Made by a program: the position numbers and the translations under genes. Positions 27,408-32,000 of a stretch of DNA of 32,000 nucleotides are shown piece after piece. Positions within the stretch are counted from its first letter, which is position 1. Each line of letters starts with the position of its first letter. The notes under the pieces were generated by a model. That model was not told the DNA's origin and did not search any database. It saw only the letters and a program-made list of their open reading frames with translations. The stretch is from Desulfobulbus propionicus DSM 2032 (GTDB lineage Bacteria > Desulfobacterota > Desulfobulbia > Desulfobulbales > Desulfobulbaceae): the NCBI RefSeq assembly GCF_000186885.1, contig NC_014972.1, positions 2,070,001 to 2,102,000 on the forward strand, written 5' to 3'.

Positions 27408-27586
27408 TTAACAAAATCGCTGACGCCCTTGAACCCGATGGGTATCTGATCATCGGCTCAACGGAATCGCTGACCGGTATTTGCCCGCGGTTCATACCCA
27501 AACGGCATCTTCGATCTATTTTTTACCAACTGAAATAACTGATTAAAGAATCAAAAAATCCGCTCTGAAAGCTTGATGGTGCATCT

Positions 27587-28162
27587 ATGAATAGCATGAC
27601 AATACTTGTTGCCGATGACGATCCGGTCATTCGTAAATTGTTTGAAAAACGGCTCGGCAAGGAAGGGTATACGGTAACCATCGCCGCGGACGGAGCGGAG
27701 GCGGCACGGTTGCTCGACACCCGGCCATTTGACGTGATTATCACTGATCTGGTCATGCCTGGCAAAATCGGCGGCATTGAACTGTTAAAATTGGCCAAGG
27801 AAAAAAGTGTTGAAATTGAAGTCATCGTTATCACCGCACATTCGTCCATTGATACCGCTGTCGACGCCATGAAGAAAGGCGCGGTTGATTATCTCGAAAA
27901 ACCAATTAATTTTGACGAACTGTTCCTTCGACTCGAAAAAATTTCGGAACGTAAGGCCTTGATGAAAAATGCCGGTGATCTACGGGAGGCGATGGAGGTC
28001 ACTGAGAGTTCAGCCGCTCAAACCATTCAAAATCTTGAAATCATCAACAGTAATCAGCAACAATTGCTAGACCAATTAGAAACGATCCTCACTAATGGCC
28101 GCCAGGAACAGGGAAAACGGATTGAACAGGCATTGCACCTTCTGACAAACAGATCACTTTGA
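27587..28162 (+). CDS. Response regulator receiver protein with a C-terminal coiled-coil-like tail
   Basis: The receiver reads ILVADDDPVIRKL...DVIITDLVMPGKIGG...DYLEKPINFDEL. The last 70 aa or so are Q/L/E-rich with no recognisable output domain. Confidence 0.85.
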   Translation: MNSMTILVADDDPVIRKLFEKRLGKEGYTVTIAADGAEAARLLDTRPFDVIITDLVMPGKIGGIELLKLAKEKSVEIEVIVITAHSSIDTAVDAMKKGAVDYLEKPINFDELFLRLEKISERKALMKNAGDLREAMEVTESSAAQTIQNLEIINSNQQQLLDQLETILTNGRQEQGKRIEQALHLLTNRSL

Positions 28163-28584
28163 TCATGGATGAATTGCCCCTGCACAACCAGAATCTGTCC
28201 TCGTTTGACCGCCTTCGGCACGTTGTCGCCACCCTGCGCGGCACCGGAGGGTGCCCCTGGGACATCAAGCAGACTCCGATGTCACTCAAAAAATATCTGC
28301 TGGAGGAATGCACCGAGTTGATCGAGGCTATCGACAAGGGCAGCGAAGCAGACGTTCGAGAAGAGATTGGCGACATTTTTTTCATCCTCACGCTGTTAAC
28401 ATCTATCTTTTCTGAACAACAACGCTTCACCATCGACGATGTCCTCGACGATGTCGCGGCCAAAATGGTGCGCCGCCATCCCCATGTCTTTGGCGATGCC
28501 GAAATTTCCGACGAGCAAGAACTGCGCGCCCAGTGGGAACGGATTAAACATCAAGAAAAGCATCCCTCCCCTCCCCTGCCCTAA
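28159..28584 (+). CDS. mazG: MazG-family nucleoside triphosphate pyrophosphohydrolase (single domain)
   Basis: 141-aa ORF with the motifs LRGTGGCPWDIKQT, LLEECTELIEAI, EEIGDIFFIL and MVRRHPHVFG. Its start overlaps the receiver gene stop (ATGA). Confidence 0.8.
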   Translation: MIMDELPLHNQNLSSFDRLRHVVATLRGTGGCPWDIKQTPMSLKKYLLEECTELIEAIDKGSEADVREEIGDIFFILTLLTSIFSEQQRFTIDDVLDDVAAKMVRRHPHVFGDAEISDEQELRAQWERIKHQEKHPSPPLP

Positions 28585-28596
28585 CCACCTTTTCGC

Positions 28597-28626
28597 TTGA
28601 CATTTTTTATCTTATTTTACTAATAT
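28597..28626 (+). promoter_or_regulatory. Candidate sigma-70 promoter of the S6 operon
   Basis: TTGACA (28597..28602), an 18-nt AT-rich spacer, then TAATAT (28621..28626). It lies about 80 nt upstream of rpsF. Confidence 0.45.
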
Positions 28627-28705
28627 ATTTATTTTATCCATTTTAACCTTCTCGCTCTCACCGCCAGGATTGAAGCGAGGGCCACCATGACCACGAGGAG
28701 GAATC

Positions 28706-29131
28706 ATGCGTCATTACGAAACCACGTTTATCCTTCGTCCGAACCTGGGCGAAGACCAATTCACTGAAATCATTGACCGAACCACCGCTATCATCAACGG
28801 TGACGAAGGATCAATCATCTGTCTCGACCGCTGGGGAATCAAGCGCCTGGCCTACGAGATCAACAAGGAAGTCCAAGGATATTACGTCTACCTGAACTAT
28901 GCCGCTCCTGGAAAAACCGTCGACGAAATTGAACGTATTTTCCGGATTGATGACAGGGTGCTTCGCTATCTGACAGTAAAACTCGGCGACTCGATGAACG
29001 CCGCCGCGATCGAAGCCGAGAAGCAACGTATTGCCGAGAAAGCTGCCGCCCGCGAGAAGGCGCTCTCCGAAGACGCGGAAAATGACGAGTTCGACAGTGA
29101 AGAACTGGAAGACGAAGCCAATCAAGAATAA
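28706..29131 (+). CDS. rpsF: 30S ribosomal protein S6
   Basis: The N-terminus reads [14 protein letters not shown], with [10 protein letters not shown] and an acidic C-terminal tail. GAGGAGG lies upstream. Confidence 0.95.
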   Translation: MRHYETTFILRPNLGEDQFTEIIDRTTAIINGDEGSIICLDRWGIKRLAYEINKEVQGYYVYLNYAAPGKTVDEIERIFRIDDRVLRYLTVKLGDSMNAAAIEAEKQRIAEKAAAREKALSEDAENDEFDSEELEDEANQE

Positions 29132-29172
29132 ATCGTCTCAACATTATCCACCCACCTGTAAGGAGTAGCATC

Positions 29173-29412
29173 ATGTCGCAACCCAAAAAAGTTTTTTCAC
29201 GTCGTCGCGTTTGCCGATTTTGTACCGACAAGGACGTTACCATCGATTACAAAGATCCGAAAACCCTTAAAAATTTCGTCACGGAACGAGGAAAGATCAT
29301 TCCACGGCGAATTTATGGTACCTGCGCCAAACATCAGCGCGAGTTGACCGAAGCTGTTAAACGTGCGAGACAACTGGCATTGTTGCCCTACATGGGAACA
29401 GTACAACCATAA
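29173..29412 (+). CDS. rpsR: 30S ribosomal protein S18
   Basis: 79-aa ORF with CRFCTDK...[56 protein letters not shown] lies upstream. Confidence 0.95.
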   Translation: MSQPKKVFSRRRVCRFCTDKDVTIDYKDPKTLKNFVTERGKIIPRRIYGTCAKHQRELTEAVKRARQLALLPYMGTVQP

Positions 29413-29429
29413 CGGTTCGCCTGTACGGA

Positions 29430-30392
29430 ATGATCAACACCGGGCCTGGGTGGATGAAGGTGCCTTTCAGACCCGGCCAGCTCCTGTTTCTTGGCACCCT
29501 GTTTTTTTTGCCCGTGCTCAATCCGCAACTTTTCAGTTGGCTGCACGGATTGCTGGCTGTCCCTGTCTTCTTCGCCCTGACCACCAACGGGCGTCAAGCC
29601 GGAGCCGCCCTTATATGGGTTAGTCTCCTTTTGGCGGGATTAGGGGCTCTGTTGCTGCAGCGGGTCGAACTTTTCTTCTTTTCGCTGACGATGGTGCCCT
29701 TGGGCTATACCCTTTATCACAGTGCTGATAAAAGGGAATCCGTGGCGACCAGCGGCGGCAAGGGAGTAGCCATTCTCAGTCTGACTTGGTTGTTTTTTTG
29801 GGGACTGTATGGTGTCACCGCCGGCTTCAATCCCTACGTCAATCTGTTGAAGGTACTTGATTTTGGGTTCCAACAAACCCTTGAAGTGTACAGCTCCAAG
29901 GAGGCCGGATTATCTCCGGAGGTGATATACAACCTGCAGCAGATCACGAACAATTTGCGGGCCATCACCCCCAAGCTGCTTCCCGGACTGCTGGCCTCGA
30001 TGACCATTTTCACAGTGTGGGTCAATCTGGTCATCGCCAACGTTCTGGCAGGGCGTCAAAATAACGGGAGTCTGCCTTGGGGACGATATTCCTCCTGGAA
30101 ACTGCCGGACCAGCTGATATGGCTACCCATCGTCGCCGTTTCCCTGCTGATCGTCGGGCACGGTCCAATACAGTATGGAGGAGGCTGTCTGCTTCTTGTT
30201 TCCGGCCTACTCTATTTCTTTCAAGGCTTAGCTGTGGTGATCGCCTTGTTTGAACGGTGGAATGTTCCGGTGCTGGTTCGAATCATTCTTTATTTTGTTT
30301 TGCTCATCCAAAGCTACAGCGTGGTTTTTCTTGCCGTGCTCGGCTTAAGTGATGTTTGGTTCAACATGAGGCAAAAATCGGACGAGCGATGA
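29430..30392 (+). CDS. Polytopic membrane protein (DUF2232/YybS-like, by position and hydrophobicity)
   Basis: 320-aa ORF with multiple hydrophobic segments. It lies between rpsR and rplI, where DUF2232 proteins are often encoded. The family call comes from context, not a strong motif. The alternative start is the ATG at 29454. Confidence 0.6.
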   Translation: MINTGPGWMKVPFRPGQLLFLGTLFFLPVLNPQLFSWLHGLLAVPVFFALTTNGRQAGAALIWVSLLLAGLGALLLQRVELFFFSLTMVPLGYTLYHSADKRESVATSGGKGVAILSLTWLFFWGLYGVTAGFNPYVNLLKVLDFGFQQTLEVYSSKEAGLSPEVIYNLQQITNNLRAITPKLLPGLLASMTIFTVWVNLVIANVLAGRQNNGSLPWGRYSSWKLPDQLIWLPIVAVSLLIVGHGPIQYGGGCLLLVSGLLYFFQGLAVVIALFERWNVPVLVRIILYFVLLIQSYSVVFLAVLGLSDVWFNMRQKSDER

Positions 30393-30487
30393 ATCAGGTG
30401 CGTTATGCATGGTTTTACTTGCGGCATGCCTGACACCTCATCGGTGCTAATTGATATATAGACGATATAACGAAGAGGGTCTTATTC

Positions 30488-30946
30488 ATGGAAATCATAT
30501 TAAAAGAAACAATCGAAACGTTGGGCCAGGAAGGCGAAATCGTTAAAGTGCGTCCTGGGTACGCCCGCAATTTCCTTATCCCTAAACAGAAAGCAGTTCT
30601 GGTCAGTAAGGAATCGCTGGCTCGCTTGGAAAAGGAAAAACAGGCGATTGCCGCCCGGTTGGCCGAGCAGAAGAAGCAGGCAGAAGGCCTGGCTGCGCAG
30701 CTCGAGGGGAAGGTGGTGATCATCGCCAAACGCGTCGGCGATGAAAATCGTCTGTTTGGTTCCGTTACTGGCAACGATATTGCCGTCAGCTTACAAGCGG
30801 CCGGGGTAACGGTTGACAAAAAGAACATTGTTCTTCCGGATGCTATCAAGGCCATTGGCGAATACACCATCACCATCAAAACCGGTTATCAGACATCCGC
30901 CAACGTGCTTGTGCAGGTTGTCGCGGAAACACCCGGCGAGGCGTGA
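30488..30946 (+). CDS. rplI: 50S ribosomal protein L9
   Basis: The N-terminus reads MEIILKETIETLGQEGEIVKVRPGYARNFLIPKQKAV, the classic L9 N-terminal domain. Confidence 0.95.
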   Translation: MEIILKETIETLGQEGEIVKVRPGYARNFLIPKQKAVLVSKESLARLEKEKQAIAARLAEQKKQAEGLAAQLEGKVVIIAKRVGDENRLFGSVTGNDIAVSLQAAGVTVDKKNIVLPDAIKAIGEYTITIKTGYQTSANVLVQVVAETPGEA

Positions 30947-31077
30947 GCCCGACCCGATAACGTCCGTCTTTCTTCGCTAGGGAGCGGGGACATCGTCCTC
31001 CGTCCCCGGCCCGGCACAAGCTCTCCTCTCCCCTGGAACAGGGGCAGATGGAACTACTTATGCCGTTGGTGTGCCGT

Positions 31078-31117
31078 AACTGCCTTTTCTGCTCGCAGGA
31101 AAGGCAGTTCTATTTTC
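31078..31117 (+). terminator. Rho-independent terminator downstream of rplI
   Basis: A 10-bp perfect stem, AACTGCCTTT (31078..31087) with AAAGGCAGTT (31100..31109), is followed by CTATTTTC. Confidence 0.65.
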
Positions 31118-31195
31118 AACGTGCCATTCCCTGGCGGTGACGGTATAGTTGCGCTCGCGCACAAATTTTCCTTTCTTCGGCCCCGCAATCAACCT

Positions 31196-32000
31196 ATGCA
31201 GCACCTAGTTCCTTCAACCATGCCATCTCCCCGGGTTCTTCCTCCGCAAAACATCGAGGCCGAACAAGCGGTACTGGGAACGATTCTACTGCAGGACAAA
31301 GCCTTGCTGAAGATTGTCGAGGTGCTGGAACCGGAGGACTTCTATCGGGACGCCCACAAGACCATTTATGCGGCAATGCGCACCCTTTTCGAAAAACGGG
31401 AGCCGCATGACCTGATCACCGTCACCGGCCTGCTCGGCGATCAGAATAAACTGGAAGAGGTCGGCGGTGCCGCCTATCTGGCCTCGCTCACCGATATCAT
31501 TCCCTTTTCCGGAACGCTGGTCCACCATGCCCAGATTATTCGCAAGAAATCCATCCTCCGCAAACTGATCCAAACCACCTCCGAGGTGGCCGCCCGTTGC
31601 TATGACGCCCAGGATGATATTGAAACCCTGGTTGATCAGGCTGAAAAAACCATCTTCGAAATTGCTCATTCTAACAAGGGCCAAGGGTTTCAGCCCATGG
31701 GCACCATCGTGCCCCGTGCCTTTGAACGGATCACGAGATTGTTCGACAAACAGGAACACATCACCGGCGTGGCCACCGGCTATGATGAACTCGACCGCAT
31801 GACTGCCGGTCTGCAACCCGCGGAATTGATCATTCTCGCGGCCCGTCCCTCCATGGGCAAGACCGCCTTGGCGATGAACATCGTCCAGCACGCGGCCCTG
31901 ATCGGCAAGGTGGCGGTGGCGGTGTTCAGCCTGGAAATGTCCATGGAATCCCTGGCGCTGCGCATGCTCTGCTCGGTTGGCCGCATCGATTCCCAGCGGA
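31196..32000 (+). CDS. dnaB: Replicative DNA helicase DnaB (5' part; continues beyond the window)
   Basis: I translated this manually because it has no stop in the window and is absent from the ORF track. It reads MQHLVPSTMPSPRVLPPQNIEAEQAVLGTILL...YRDAHKTIYAAM...GYDELDRMTAGLQPAELIILAARPSMGKTALAMN...VFSLEMS. The alternative start is the ATG at 31220. Confidence 0.9.
   Translation, partial: MQHLVPSTMPSPRVLPPQNIEAEQAVLGTILLQDKALLKIVEVLEPEDFYRDAHKTIYAAMRTLFEKREPHDLITVTGLLGDQNKLEEVGGAAYLASLTDIIPFSGTLVHHAQIIRKKSILRKLIQTTSEVAARCYDAQDDIETLVDQAEKTIFEIAHSNKGQGFQPMGTIVPRAFERITRLFDKQEHITGVATGYDELDRMTAGLQPAELIILAARPSMGKTALAMNIVQHAALIGKVAVAVFSLEMSMESLALRMLCSVGRIDSQR

Larger units (their letters stand above)
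25381..27538 (+). pseudogene. cheR: cheR (chemotaxis protein methyltransferase) interrupted by an IS element
   Basis: The 5' part (25381..26090) encodes CheR motifs: NETLFFRD, IWSAASSTGQELYS and ILCRNVAIYF...RKKLF. The 3' part (27408..27538) continues in frame as NKIADALEPDGYLIIGSTESL...YQLK*. Removing 26091..27411 restores a 278-codon ORF reading ...KKLFNKIADAL.... Confidence 0.85.

Noticed and set aside
1-32000. Search for tRNA, rRNA or tmRNA genes, CRISPR arrays, prophage or integrase genes, toxin-antitoxin pairs, restriction-modification genes or other defence-system hallmarks.
   Set aside because: Intergenic spacers are short and none shows cloverleaf-like or array-like structure. Every ORF over 90 aa with coding character is accounted for by a recognisable family, except the 90-aa protein at 5404..5676. 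I therefore make no claim of a novel defence or mobile system beyond the single IS element.

Overview
The window reads as a chromosomal segment from a moderately GC-rich anaerobe. Gene content suggests a Desulfobacterota (deltaproteobacterial) type: futalosine-pathway menaquinone genes, a selenoprotein, and rpsF-rpsR-DUF2232-rplI-dnaB synteny. This taxonomic guess is inference only. Most of the window is tightly packed core metabolism and information processing: mqnC/mqnE-like radical SAM genes, an RpoD-family sigma factor, malQ, a purD-purE/tsaC/Hpt operon, a TetR regulator, greA, a DegT-family aminotransferase, rpoH, lepA, engB, hisG, hisI, a SlyD-like PPIase, the S6 ribosomal operon, and the 5' part of dnaB. 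dnaB is open at the window edge and absent from the ORF track. From 19.0 to 28.6 kb lies one co-directional chemosensory cluster: hybrid CheA with two CheW-like modules and a receiver, a heme-c type MCP, cheW, cheB, cheR, a receiver protein and MazG. The main observations are these. (1) Two ORF-track ORFs (5762..6400 and 6404..7147) are one gene interrupted only by an in-frame TGA inside a rhodanese active-site loop, followed by a SECIS-like hairpin. This indicates a selenocysteine-containing, lipoprotein-anchored triple-rhodanese protein. (2) PurD and PurE are fused into one polypeptide. (3) An intact 1317-bp IS5-family element with a 4-bp TTAA target duplication splits cheR. (4) The MCP has a periplasmic CxxCH (c-type heme) sensor domain. 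(5) A 127-bp nested palindromic element lies in the tetR/greA convergent spacer. (6) A perfect 2 x 25 bp tandem duplication spans the rpoH start codon. I found no CRISPR array, tRNA or rRNA gene, and no cluster of uncharacterised genes resembling a new defence or secretion system. The best candidates for something new are the atypical chemosensory pathway and the exported selenoprotein, and both remain hypotheses. All protein-family calls rest on motifs I recognised in the supplied translations, not on database searches.
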